Below, piece after piece: positions 37,993-51,090 of a stretch of DNA of 64,000 nt. Source of the DNA: Phoronis australis (taxonomy: Eukaryota; Animalia; Phoronida); NCBI GenBank assembly GCA_002633005.1, contig NMRA01000240.1, positions 507,533-571,532 of the forward strand, in the 5' to 3' direction. The notes beneath the pieces were generated by a model that saw only the letters and a list, made by a program, of their open reading frames with translations, did no database searches and was not told where the DNA came from. The position numbers and the translations under genes were made by a program. The first letter of the stretch is position 1; each line of letters begins with the position of its first letter.

Positions 37993-40112
37993 CTGAAAAT
38001 ATACGTGAAACAGGTCCCAAACAACTCCCAGAAAGCTTGATAAACCTGTGAATCTAAATCCATAACCTAATTAAGTTTCCAAAAAGAAATTTCTGACTGT
38101 ATTCACCCATGGTCGTTAGCTTTTATTCAAGAAATGCAAACCCTGTCAACTTCGTAAACCAAACCAAAATTTGCTTTGAGCGATAGACTTTATAAAGGTG
38201 ACGCTAACAACATGACAACAATAACATAACGTCAACATTTCACGACAAGAAAGCATGGTTGTCATCATTTATCGTTAGACCCCAAAGTACTGACCATCAG
38301 CGCGTATTTCGTGACTTCGTTTGTACGCGCGATCTTCCACGTCGACTTGCCAGAGAGATCCTTCCTTCCTCTGTAGAAAATGTTGAAGACGGCGATCCGC
38401 ATGCACAAAGTTGACTGAAGAATCTGATAAATACAGACGCTGTTTGGTCATTGCTATTAACATGTAAGGGTTAGTAGGTGCAGTGTGTCACTAAAACTGA
38501 CGATTTTCTCATTGCCTAGTTGACTACGAAAGGGTGCTTTCTCAGGTTGAATTCTCTACGAAAGCCAAAACATGTAATAAAATAGTCGTAGATTTAGAAA
38601 GGCAAAGGGGACAAGCATCGTCCATATGAGACTTGCAATTTTGGCAAACAAGAGACACAACATGATATTTAAAGGTGAGGTATAGGTGACTTGGGGCTAA
38701 CTCTTGCCCACGTTTCTTATGTTAACAAATCCTGGTGGATTCAAGTCCCGGGTGACAGATTTTGTGAGTAGTCTGAAGGACCCTCTAGTGCAGGAATCAG
38801 CCGCTATTACACAGGTTAAATGCCGAGCATTTATTTATCAGCTTGAAAAAGCATTAACATGTTCAAGTTTCCCTGTGTTGTTGTCACAGTGTCTTATTCC
38901 CTTCAACAGACGTTCTATTCATTGTAGCAGCGAGAAGAGACCCCTTCAGAGCTGTTGTTTTGTCACAAGATGATTCAACATTGTCTTGTAATGATTTGAT
39001 TTTCTGGCGAATTTCTTTCAAATCCCTGGAATTGGCCTTGAAAAGGATACATTTTTTAAGAGAACACTTGTAGAAGGGTTTCATGTTTATTTAAGTTTGT
39101 TAGGTAAGGAGAATACAATAAAACGGGTGTCTGTCGAATTAAAAGAATTTCATAGTGTCTAAATCACCAGCAAAAAAAAGAATTCTGTCACAGTGAATAT
39201 AGTTTGCGAAAGGAAAACTGTTTTCTCGAAGCGCTCTACAAATGGCGCAGAGGGGCTCGGACATGGGCACGATTGCTAATGTTTTGAATTCGGAGAAATT
39301 TGTGCGAGATACTTTACAAGTTACATGATGTTGGTGAAGTTTTAAACGCTCTTAATGGTTAACAATTCTGTTAACTGCGGTCGTCTGAATCAGAATCAGA
39401 ATCAGAAATGTCTATTGTATGTACCGTGTAAACCAGCTTTACAATGATAAAAGTTCAGCCGTTAGCTGCAGCACTGCTGCTCTTGAAATATATAGCGTCA
39501 GGCTGTTCAGTTCACAAAGAACATGACTTTGAAATAATATAACTACTCTGGCATCCTCTGTCATATTCGTCAGCGGTCGGCTAAAGCAATACAATTATCA
39601 CCGCTTTTTAAAGCGCCATTTATAACTCCATAATTTACCCTGTCGCATTTTCACAGGTCACGTCGTTTGTAAAATGTGTCTACCTAAGGCAATAAAACAG
39701 CCTGTAAGTTACCACACGAATCTTCAAGTCAGAGTGCATTGTTTTCAATTAACAAACTAGCACACTTTTTGTGATGGTACTATCAGATATCCAAAGACCA
39801 ACCCAAACCTCAAGTTAGTGCTTTATAAAATTATAGAACTTTCAGCGGATTTGGAATGTATTAAGATAACCGGGCTTTATTTTTATTGGAGCCATGAAAA
39901 TGTAACATGGACAACAGAATTTGTCAAAAAGCATTCTTTTCTCTTTCAGACGTTTTGCAGCTTGTTCAGTTGACCTATAACTTAGTCAAAATATTATCTT
40001 TGAGGCTAAAGTGAGTGCTGCAGCTGTTTTCGGTTATTACATGTTGATAATGAATATAGGCATTCATTCACTCCTCCCTTACCAATACTATAGGAAATAC
40101 ATCTTTGGCATT

Positions 40113-40238
40113 GCGATACTGATAACTAGCAATGCGATACTGATAACTAGCAATGCGATACTGATAACTAGCAATGCGATACTGATAACTAGCAATGAGA
40201 TACTGATAACTAGCAATGCGATACTGATAACTAGCAAT
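40113..40238. repeat. 21-bp tandem repeat (GCGATACTGATAACTAGCAAT) x6
   Basis: 126 bp = 6 x 21 with one substitution. Intronic. Confidence 0.95.
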
Positions 40239-40689
40239 GGCGGAGACAACTCAAGGCACCAGTCAAGCTTCTTATTATTTTGCGAGATAAGATGGCAACA
40301 CGTAACTTTCTATAGCAATACTGTTTATACAAAGTCCTGAAGAGAAGGAAGCCAAAAATGAACATTCAAAACTTAACACTCTAAAATTAGCCACAAGAGC
40401 AACACGGAGTATTGATATGCGTCCGCAGTATTCATCGCTTATAGCGCAAATACAAGAGATGAATATTATCTTAAACATTCCCACTAAACGTAGCAAGGCT
40501 AGTAAATTTATTGATAGTTTCCTCTAACTCGCCTAAAGCGTATACCACGTTTGTCCGTTTAGCAGACTTTGTAAGTAGTTTTGAAACTTTCCTCCAAACG
40601 TTTGAGGGTTGTCTAGGATTACAGGGCATTGTTTTGTTGCAGAAAACTGAAATGGAAAAGTAGTTTTTAATATCTGTTAATAGGCAAAA

Positions 40690-43005
40690 ATCGAATTTGG
40701 TAGCCTTTTAATAGCAACCTATTTACTAAATTTCATGAAAATCCATCAAGGAACTCCAAAAATACAGAGGTAAAAATTTTAAAAAAAATAAAATTGTCTC
40801 TAGGGGGCCGAGCGGTTGTTTGCTCGGTTCGAATCTTGTCGTCGTTTGTCACATGTCATTAGGATAATGCGAGGGATTTAGTAGATACAACCGCGGACGC
40901 CTGACGCCCACACAGAGATGACTGCAATAATGCATCTATCTCGCATATAAATGGCCACTAGGTGGCGTACAGTATGTCGAATCCATCGGAAAATATGAAG
41001 GAATCACCGTCTCTATTTGCCAAATGTAATAGAAATCCGGTCAAGAAACTCCAAAAATTCAGAGGAAAACGAAAAAATAAAATGGCCACTACCGATAGTC
41101 AAATCCGTTCAAAAGTCGTCGACAGGAGTTGTCACTTTCATGCAAATCAACTTTCTAATTTTAACGAAGTTTCTGCAAGGGATTCAGCCGAGCTTCTCAC
41201 TGCAGTAGGAACACATCCATTTTTTCATATAAAGTAGTTTGGCTGATTGAATGGAACACATCAAAAAACAGGCTCAAAAACAGTAAAAGCCGTATCTAGG
41301 TGTCGCAAAATACATCGAATCCATACCAAATCATTATGCCTATTTGCCAAATTTCATAAACAAGAGCAACGCGGAGCGTTGAAATGCGCCCATGAATGCA
41401 TTGCAAATGGTGTGCTTTTAGGGTTATTTATTTGTTATAAGAATGGCCACTAGATGGCGCAAAAACGTATAATCCATCTAAAAACAGGAACATGCCATAT
41501 TTCATAAAAATCTGTCAAGGAACTTCAGAGAAACAAAGGAAAACAGAATAAAATGAAATTGCCACTAGTGGGCACAGTGTCCGTTGGATCCGCCTGAAAG
41601 TCGTCGTCTGTTGTTATCTTCACATAAATACACTTACTAAATTTAGTAAAGATCCTGCAGTGGGTTTAAGAGATAAAACTATGGGCGCTAAACAAAACTA
41701 CCACTAGGAGGCGCCGCAGTAGTCAGTCACCATCATCAAAGGTCGTCTTCACACTGAGAACATATATGCCAATTTTCAAATGATTTGGTTGATACAGGGT
41801 TGGACACCAAAAACAAGATTTGAAAACAGCAAAAATGGCCTCTAGGTGGTGCAAAATACCTCGATTCCATCCAAAAACAGGAAGATAGCGTCATCACACC
41901 TATAGATGCCTATTGAAATTTTATGAAAATCTGTTGTGGACCTTTGAAGATACCGAGTTAAACGTAAAAAACTAAACTTGCCACTAGGGGGCACGGCAGT
42001 AGTTGGATCTGTCCGAAAATCGTCGTCATCCGTAGTCAACATATAAATGCACTTGCTAAATTGCGAACGGTTTAGGAGATACAGCCATAGGCGCAACAAA
42101 AGCAAAACTGCCAATAGGAGGCGCCACAGTAGTCGAAATCGTCGGAAAAACATCGTCAACCATACTCTTTATAGTAAGCACATACATGCTAATTATCACA
42201 ATCATCCTTTGATCGGTTGGGTTGTTAGAGGGGTGGACGCAAAAAACAGACTCGAAAACAGTAAAAATGGCCACAAGGTCGAATCCATCCGAAAACGGGA
42301 GGAAAGAGTCATGTCACTAATGGGTGCCTACATACCAAATTTCATGAAAATCCGTTCAGGACTTTTGAAGATACAATGGTAAGCGTAAAAAAATAAAATT
42401 GCCACTAGGGGGCAGACTGGTGGTCGGATCCGTCCGAAAGTTCGCTCATGCCGTCCCATTCATAAATAACATATGTGCCAAATTTCATGAACGCACGTCA
42501 AAGGGTTTTGGAGATAGAGCAGCGGACGCCGGAAGCCGGACAAACGCTGCTCGGACGGACGGACGAACGGACGGAGATGACGGCATAATGCGTCCACATA
42601 TAAATATGTGGGCGCATAAAAATCCGTCACGGAAATCTTAAGATACATGGGCGGCGCAGCACTTAAAAAAGTGGAAGCTATAGCCCCACCCCCAGTCCCC
42701 CACCCTGTGGTGCACCGCCTATAGACCATGGCGGCGCAGCACTGAAATAAGTGGGGCTATTTTCCAGTCCCCTATGGTGCGCCCCCACTTAGATACAATT
42801 AAGAAAACGTAAAATGCTTCTATTGCCACTAGAGGGCACACTGTTAGTCTGTCTGACCGATAATTCTCTTGTGCCATCTGATACACGACATGAACATGTC
42901 TGCAAAATTCCACGAACATCCATAAGGGGTTTTGGAGGTATAGTAGTGGACACTGGAGGGGAGTTGGCGGCATAATGCATCCACAAATATATGGGGGTGC
43001 AAAAG
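40690..43005 (-). mobile_element. Helentron-associated (HINE/DINE-1-like) non-autonomous element(s) with internal satellite-like tandem array
   Basis: Minus strand at 42622 starts TTTTTATGCGCCCACATAT..ATATGTGGACGCAT (terminal hairpin, 42588-42617), followed by a (GTCC)n microsatellite (42552-42575) and ~140-bp diverged monomers with CCAAATTTCATGAA and CCACTAG motifs. A second head lies near 42975-43005. The 3' boundary is approximate. Confidence 0.6.
42646..42790 (+). mobile_element. Tandem pair of very short MITEs (family E, GGCGGCGCAGCAC...GTGCRCCGCC)
   Basis: Two head-to-tail ~60-80-bp units, with AGATA at 42641-42645 and 42791-42795. Related pieces lie near 1972-2020 and 48917-48982. Confidence 0.55.
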
Positions 43006-43093
43006 TCATTTCATGGTCTCGTTCTTTTTTTCAAACGAATGCCAGGTGATCAGTTTTCTTAGTTGAACTTTGCGACTTTCTCTATCAACTTAC

Positions 43094-43311
43094 CATGGTA
43101 TAAGAGCGTTTCTGACGAGGCAGGTCTAAGTGGATAACCTCCATTGGCATATTTCGTCGGATTTTTACCGTAAAACAGATAAGCTCTGCTTGGTCCAAGG
43201 TTGGCCATAAAACTTGATCCTTTGGGATCAGAAGAGTACGTGTACGGCATACCTGTTGATGACGCATTGGGATGAACGTATTTTTCCACACTCCTGTTTT
43301 TCTTGGATCTT
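43094..43311 (-). CDS. Unnamed adaptor-like membrane protein, juxtamembrane cytoplasmic exon
   Basis: Acceptor ttaattccAG (phase 2) and donor ATG|GTAAGT (phase 1); 218 nt, open. Encodes RSKKNRSVEKYVHPN...YTYSSDP...AYLFY...KYANGGYPLRP...LLYH. Confidence 0.8.
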
Positions 43312-43561
43312 CTGGAATTAATAAACACGCAGCTTTTAGCGGTAAGCGATTTGTAAAACCTTTCTGCTCAGCTGAGAATCTAGTAGTCCTACAGCTCATT
43401 TCTTTCCAGATAAAGTAGCTAATCAACCCAAAACTACGCACAGGATTGTTGATTATGGAAATCGTGGTCACGTTTTCACCATATTTTATAAAGCATAAAC
43501 TCTTAGTAGATTGGGAGAAACTGACAAGGCGTCAAAAGAAAAGTAGTTTGAGTATACTCAC

Positions 43562-43673
43562 CTACACTGAAAACAGCATACCGCCACTACAACCGCTATG
43601 AGGACGGCGGCACCAGCTGAACAACCGATGGCGATGTACAACACGTCCTCCGTAGCAGACATGCTGTTGGATA
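43562..43673 (-). CDS. Unnamed adaptor-like membrane protein, transmembrane exon (candidate start Met at 43662)
   Basis: Acceptor ttcattccAG at 43674 and donor TAG|GTGAGT at 43561 (phase 2). Encodes SNSMSATEDVLYIAIGCSAGAAVLIAVVVAVCCFQCR: one TM helix, then Cys cluster and basic residues. 441 aa from Met 43662. Confidence 0.8.
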
Positions 43674-46600
43674 CTGGAATGAAAACTAAACCGTTCAAAT
43701 CATATCATGCCTCAAATAACAGAGCTGAATAGAAACGCTTGTCACATTCTTTCGCTATCGAAAACATTAAATATCTACATGATCTTCTCAAACTGAAATG
43801 TATTTTACGATACGATTCTATTCAAAGTGGTTATATACCATGTTCTGATGTCAACACGACTTTATTCATAGGCGACGGTATTTATTGCAATAAAACGCAT
43901 GGAGTTCTCTTGACTACCATCACAGTGTTTCGGCAACAGAAACTAACCCTCTCTGTGAAGCAAATTTCATGCGCCTACTCTGAAGCAACAGCCAAATGTC
44001 AGGTTTAATACCTTTCACTGGCAATCATATATTGTTGAACCCTAAACAACAGCCAACAGAGAAAAAAGGGTGAACGACCACAAAAAATGGTCCACGTGGA
44101 AGAAGTTTCCGCGCATCGTTCTCATATTTCCATATGGAGTACGCAATGTGATGTGACTAATCACAAAAACGTACTTTATTCTGGGGAGTTCTTCCTGAAC
44201 AACGTAATACCTCATTGTTAGGGAAAGGTAATCGAAGCAATGACAACTGGTTTTTTAAAAGAAATAATTTTTAATTGTTAAAACCATTAAAAAAAAATTC
44301 TTCCCAACCCCCTCCCTCCAATTATATTGTTATCACAAAATATGATATCACTGAAACAGCGGATGTCTGTACTACAGCCTATTAGAGCAACCGCCCCCTC
44401 CCCTTCCCCAACCAGGGTGTGAAAGCACCGAAGCAAACCAGAAACGACATGCTTCCTCACGAACACATAGTGGCATGGGTTTATTGAAATCTTTACCACA
44501 TAAGACCAGTGACAGAAAATTTGGTCCTAAAACAACAAAATGTTTCATTTTGCATCTACTATCTAAAGTAGAAGCTGCTACTCTAATGCCACCCTGATAG
44601 GAACACGAGTACATGGAATTCCACCTTTGTTGGCCAATGTCTGAGTCCATTCGCTCGTAAAACATGCGTCACGTTTTTGTCGTTGGACATAGTGAATAAA
44701 ATCAACGCTGGTTATGAAGATAAAACTAAGAAGCTGCAGATTTGCCTCGGTTCGAAACAAAATAATTTGGTCTTCCAACGTCATTGTACATATGTATTGA
44801 ACTTGTGGCCACTCATTCTAAACAAAAACAACTCCTGAATTAAACTCGTCCGGATGGGGTGCCTGCATGGAAGCCTGAAACCCAAAAAGGCCTCGAAGGA
44901 AAATCAATGTAGAAAATCATTTTCAAGTCACGCATCTAATAAAGTTAAACAGTTATGGATAGACTTGGAGCATAGACATCGACGTGTATGATAGACTTGG
45001 ACCATAGACATCGACGTGTATGATAGACTCTTCAACTGAATACTAGTACTAGACGCCAAGGTCATTAGAACAGGTCATTTCGTAACAAGTGCTCCAAAGC
45101 TGTCTGAGTTTGTAATGATTAAAATCAAAACAATTATGTCATATCTGATGGCACCCTTGATAAACTGGTAACAGAAAATGAGAATTAATTAAGGTATATG
45201 GCAGTTGGCCAAGTTAATAGTTGACTTGGGTAAGATTTAACTAGGTAGGCCCTACTAACAGACCTGAAATCGTTAACCGGTGAGCATGGCTGACCATAAA
45301 GATTCCACATGCAGTACACGTAGGCATACACACGACTTTCGGATTATTCATTAACACAAAACGAACGCGGGCCATGCGGAGTTTCGCTTGTGTTGATTTA
45401 GAAATGTGCCATAACAGGCCAATCAACGGAACATTAGTCGCTGTACAGGCCTTTTCTCTTACCGTATTACGTCTTGGATATCGATAGTAGCTAATTTCAT
45501 AGAGGAATGAATCTTATCTCCACCGATATCACTAAACAAGAACGCCCCGTCTCCGTAGAAGAGGGCGCGGTCGGTTCGCTAGCATAGTGTACCTGAGTCA
45601 CCTTCGCTGTGCTCACGCCCTCAAACACTGGCTGTTACGTAAACAAGGATAAAGTAAAACGACAAACAAACTCCGTTACCTTTACCCACGACTAACGAAT
45701 ATTGATTGGGTTTCTTCACACACGTAATCTTTGTCCAACACTCAGGATATGCCCAGAAGGTCCGCTGATGGTTTAAATGTCACAGTTAGACACGGCTGTT
45801 GCCATCTTTCTCTTCAGCTGTCGACCTTCAACTCACTGGACCACACCACTCCAGGTCTTTACACTCCCCGGTTTCACTACGCTGCTGATCAGCTTTGAAA
45901 CTATTGTTATCGTTCATTTGAATAACAACAGCTGGCGTTTGTATAGCTATGAAACACGTATTTGTAATGACCGGTGACATAAATTTTCGTTCTCAAAGGG
46001 GTGAAAAGATCATTTCAAAAGAATGCGAGCCCTCGGGTAAGGAATTTGCTTACGCCGTTTCTGATTGGGCCGCTTCTTGACCATTTTTCAAAACATTGCA
46101 CACAAAAGAAAAATGAGAAAGGGGTATTTGTTCACTTTATTAGGATAAAAGGTATTCAAAACATTGTAATACCGATAGAATGTCGTTTGACGCTGAACAT
46201 CCGGCATGTCGAGGCTGATACAAACTGCATACAGGCTAAAGTACAACTGGGTTCTGAGCCGGTCACTTTGTCAGCGCGGTGACCGTCACTTAATCTCGAC
46301 CATGCGCTAATAATCTCTGTAACACCCAAACACGATATTCTTACGATAATTACATTCAAATGGGATACCTAATTCCCAGTTTTTCTCATTAGAGCGATTT
46401 CGCAACATTTAAAAGTGATACCCATATTGTAACTTTATCTCATTAGGACGATTTCACGAAGAGGGCTACTGGTTCGATGAGTGGTCTGTCAGTCAACGCG
46501 ACTACGGCCACAGCATTTCGAACTTGCGCTAATAATCCCTGAACCATCCAAATGCGATATTGTTATGGTAGTTATATTCAAATGTGATACCTAAATGTCA

Positions 46601-47080
46601 GCTAGCTCATTAGGGCTATTTTACGAAGGAAGAATGTAAACAGGAAACGTTAGTTCCCGCTGTTAACTTGTTCAAAGCAAGTGTGATTTTAGTGAAAGTA
46701 ATGTCATAGAGTCAACATGGGAGTGTATGTTGAGTGGTGATCAACAAATATCGTATACATGCACGTGAGTTGGCCCGTTCTAGTATATTTGGGAAACTTC
46801 AGGTTATACACGGAATTAGGCACATTAACCTTATTTCAAAAAACCGGGCTACGCTCCGTAGACGCAATAAACTCGCAAAACGCAAGATCATGCAAGCCGT
46901 CGCGAGAGAACGCCGTGCATTATAAGCGAACATGTTATACAGTGTTTCTCTTGCTAACACTAGGTTCACACCAGTGGCGAATTAGCGCCAACAGTTTCAA
47001 AAAACGTAGTGGAAACTAGCGTTTTAGCACGCAAACTGGTAATTTCCACCAACAGTTAGCCTACGGTTAGTTTTCCTTAA

Positions 47081-47738
47081 GAGGCACTGAACAGTTCTCA
47101 CAGGGGTTTGCCTGTAAGAACACACGTCAATGGACTCTTCACCTTTTCTTCACACTGTCAAAAACTGTAGGCAAATAAAGAAAAGTTTTGAGTCATTTCA
47201 CATCACAAGCTCTGAAGATGAGCACAGAAACTATATTCTCTCTTGTATTTTTGGCCTTTTCACTCCCAGTGGAAACCAAGTCAGACTAAGAAAAATAAGG
47301 GCAAAAAAATGCAAAATCGGCACTTTTCAACCCAAAACCACCACTTCCGGGCCGATACTCGACTAAAGCCAACATTAGATTCCGAAAGCAAATTTCCTAC
47401 CGATTCCAAAAGTTTGGTCCAAAAGTACTGTCAACTAACTATTTTTTTTGCAAATCTGGCTTGTCTGAGGGCTACCTGAAATCGCGGCCAATTTCTCAGT
47501 TGCTACACAGCAATGCACAATTGCAACAGGGGGCCACCATCTTGAAGAAGAGTGCAGCTACAGCCAAAAACGTGGCCTTTCTCATTCTCAGCATGTTCAC
47601 AAATACAAGCAAACCACATTCACTGAGCCTACATGCAATGCCCACCTAAAAATGCCCCCAAACTTGGCCTACCCCAAAATTTTAATATTTCGGGACTGCA
47701 AATTGGCCGCGGCCGCAGCCTAACTGTTCAGTGCCACC
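47081..47738. mobile_element. Non-autonomous TTAA-type (Kolobok-like) element
   Basis: TTAA at 47077-47080 and 47739-47742. TIRs GAGGCACTGAACAGTT / AACTGTTCAGTGCCACC. Confidence 0.7.
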
Positions 47739-48119
47739 TTAACAACCGAGTCGCTTTTAAGTGAAAATTCAAAACACGTTCACTTCCTGCTACTGATGTG
47801 GGGGAACAACTATCTCTTACCCCCGCACATGCCCTTTGAAGTGGCGGTCTGGTTACAAAAGTGCTAGCGAAAACGCCAGTAGTTTTGGGGTAACACAAAC
47901 CTCCATCAAAACCCCAGAAAAGTCACCTTAATTGCGACCGCTCACATTACTACCTTTTTGCTGTTAGTATATCGCTGGCCAAATGTGTGAACGTTACGCC
48001 GTTAAATTTCGCCGCAAATAATTACTTTACGCCGCAAATAACTATTTTACGCCGAAAATAATTATTTTACGCCAAAACTACGGTAATTACTTTACGCCTT
48101 GAATAATTAATTAAAGTAC

Positions 48120-48460
48120 GGGGATGTGGCTCATGAAGGAGATTCTTCATTTGAGCCCGCATGCGGAAAGGGGCAACAACTCTCTCCCCTCGGAAAATCT
48201 GTCCATCACTTAGAGAGAACTCGTCTAGTGCAGTGGAAGATTGTCTTCGTTCTGAGTCCATCCATTAGTTATAACATTAGCGAGTTGTTGAAGGTTTAAA
48301 TCTGACTTAGTGCTCTTTTTCAGCTCAGTAAGTCCATCGTGACATACTGGAGGCCATGTCGCAGACTAACCATACCAAAGTGCTTTCTCAGCAGTTGTTT
48401 TCTGTGTGGTTGCTCTTGACAGCGTGTCAGATATAAACATATCTTTACCAGGTTACCACC
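48120..48460 (-). pseudogene. Ty3/Gypsy LTR-retrotransposon pol fragment (RNase H end to integrase N-terminus)
   Basis: Minus-strand pieces PGKDMFISDTLSRA, LQQLANVITNGW and DEFSLSDGQIFRGERVVAPFRMRAQMKNLLHEPH match the canonical gypsy pol linker and the start of the H2C2 integrase finger. Frameshifted. Confidence 0.75.
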
Positions 48461-50377
48461 ATGTTTCAAGACCGACTGCAATTAGTACAAATGAAATATT
48501 TTCGTACTTTTGACTAGTATTTTATTTCAGAATGAGGGAGGCGAACTTGACACTAGCAACGCCATCTATTGACTCGCGATGAGACTAAAAAATCGGAAAC
48601 AACTGCGTTCCGGCGAAAACGCAAGAAATTCGCTAAAACTCAAGATCACGCGCTAAGTCTTCGCGATATCGTCACGTATTACAAGAGAAGCGTGTGATCA
48701 TAGTTTTATCGCGAGCGTCTTGTGTTTACTGAACGCAGCTCAGATTTGTGGCGGGATGTGAGTTGACCAATCCTACATAAGTCACTGACTGGGATAGGCG
48801 ACAGTCTTCTAGGCTGACAGTTGGTTAGGTTTGGGTATGACCAGTCCAGGTTACCAGTATTTGACATTCCAACACAACGATACTTTTAGGTCGATACCAT
48901 TACTCGTTCCGATAACGCAGCACTGAAAAAAGTGGGAGACTATACTCCACCGACCCCCAGCCCCTTAGGTGCGCCGCCCTGATGTCAGTGTTAAACCGTG
49001 GCAACCGACATAGGTGTGGAAGCGGGGACGGTCGAGACATGAAAGACTGCGAATAGGGATAAGAGAGAAAGTTCAAGAAAACATTTCAAGAGCCAACTCG
49101 GTATCAGTGCATGGTTTACCCTTTGAGGGCCCTGGCCAGGACGTTGTTGTTGGGGTCTCCGTTTTTGCAGCATACATGTAAATCGTCTAAACGCCCTTGA
49201 AAACGTGCACTTTATCATTCATACGTATTTCGAAAAATCGAGAAAATTCGTAAAGCGAAGCCTTTACGGAGTATATTAATTCACTGGATTTTTAAATTCA
49301 ATAAGACAATTTTGCAAATGCAAAACTGTATTTTTCCAGAGGCCCTTCTCTAGCAAGGAATAACGGAGACAATTGTCGCTCTATTTTTTTGCTATTCCTC
49401 TAAATTGTATATCACACGAGAAAATTTTATGGCCTGACAGATTATATCAATTGCTGCGCATTTCCTGAGTTTTGAACATATAGATCTTTTCATATTTAGG
49501 GGCCCAGCCTTTGAAGGGGGTCATTGATGACATTCAAGTGGCCACCCTTTTCGTGTTTTTATTGACATATTCTAAGGGGCCGCTCACGAAGAGAGGGCCC
49601 AGTGTTAGAATCGATTACCTCTATTTTCCTGTTTTTCGTGAAATCGTACAACCGGTTTTCATGCTTAGCAAGGTCACTTCTTGTAGGGTCATACGATGAT
49701 GGAATAAACCTTTTTCAAGCTTAATAATGTTTATCCTTTCATCTTAGGTGTCCCATTTCAGACGGTACCCTCTCTCGGTGGGGCGGTTCGAGGGAATTGT
49801 CCCTTTGTCCGTCTATACATGTAAATCCGACACTGCCAAGTATTCAATAGGGGAACTTGGAATTCCAAATTCATCAAAACCACAAAAAATTCATGCACAG
49901 CGCAGAAGTATCAAGATATTTGACCGAAATCTATAACTAAAAAAATGTGGAAAATGCAATAGGATTGACCTCCATCGAAAAAGTGAAATTTTAAAAAAAA
50001 CGTCAAGACCACTATTAGTGAATTACACAAAAAGACTAATTCCGATGGTTAATTATAAAATAAAGTTACTTTTTCCCAATAGTATCACAATAATAGCATT
50101 TCTTTTGAAGATCGTTACTTGGAGTTGTTTGCAAGGAATTCAAAAAGACTGGGGACTACAATTTGTGATGACCGAATACAGGTGGAATACTCAAAGAACT
50201 CGCAATGATAAACAAATAGTTCAAGTATAACTCGTGTACCGTTATAGGTATCTCTGAAATGAGCAAAAATACACCTCGATAAGAATACCCCATCTCTCAT
50301 GATCCCCTGGTTGCCTGTCAAACAGCTGCTAGCATGCCTGCGGAAATTGCTTAGAACATTCCATTTGGCAGACAAAT

Positions 50378-51090
50378 TCGTTTGTTTCTGATTTACATGT
50401 TTTTGTATCTACGAAAATCGACAAATCCAGAGATGATTTTTGGCAATTAGAAAATAATATTTTAAGAAATAATAATGTTTCAGTGAATTTAGTTGCATTC
50501 TGAATTAGGAAAAACTCTATAATCCGATCCCCAAATAGTAAAGTACATTTGGACGATTTTTGCCTATCTAAAATAACTCTCAGACAGTTGATGAAATTCG
50601 GACAGTTCCCAAAAATATACTCGCAATTCAAATGACAATGAATGCATTGCTTTTTTAGTTAGGTAGAAGTTTTTTGGTTTAAACTTACAAACACGCGATC
50701 AAAAAGGAATTCAGTCATTAAATCAAGGTAAACGCATTGCTCATGGAATCGATTGTTGGTTTCTGATTTACATGTTTATAAATCTACGAAAATTGACTGA
50801 TTGAAGGATGATTTTTTGACAATTAGAAGCTAATCTTGTAAAAAATGACAATGCTTCAATGAAATTAGATGCAGGGTGACACTGAGAAAATTCGATAAAT
50901 CATCAGATCCCCAAATAGTAAAGTACACTAAAGGATTTTGTCTTTCTGAAATAAGTCTCAAGGACATTGATGAATGTCGGGCAGCTCTACAAAGTGTACC
51001 ACAATGTTCTCACAATTCCAATGATAATGAATTGATATTGACTTTTTAACTAGATTAGTGGGTTTAAATTCACAAATCGTAGATCGAAAA
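50378..51090. repeat. Diverged two-copy tandem duplication, unit about 375 bp
   Basis: GTTTCTGATTTACATGTTT..ATCTACGAAAAT, CAATTAGAA and GATCCCCAAATAGTAAAGTACA occur in the same order at 50385-50550 and 50759-50930. Confidence 0.7.

Noticed and set aside
37993-38020. ORF-track start of the 344-aa minus ORF as a stand-alone single-exon gene
   Set aside because: It has a non-ATG start within an acceptor region and splices in phase to exons at 43094-43311 and 43562-43673.
40011-40340. 109-aa ORF with (AILITSN)n and the QSFACQSRAYYTDGE ORFs at 51192-51500
   Set aside because: These open frames arise from tandem repeats with unit lengths divisible by three; no splice or start context supports them.
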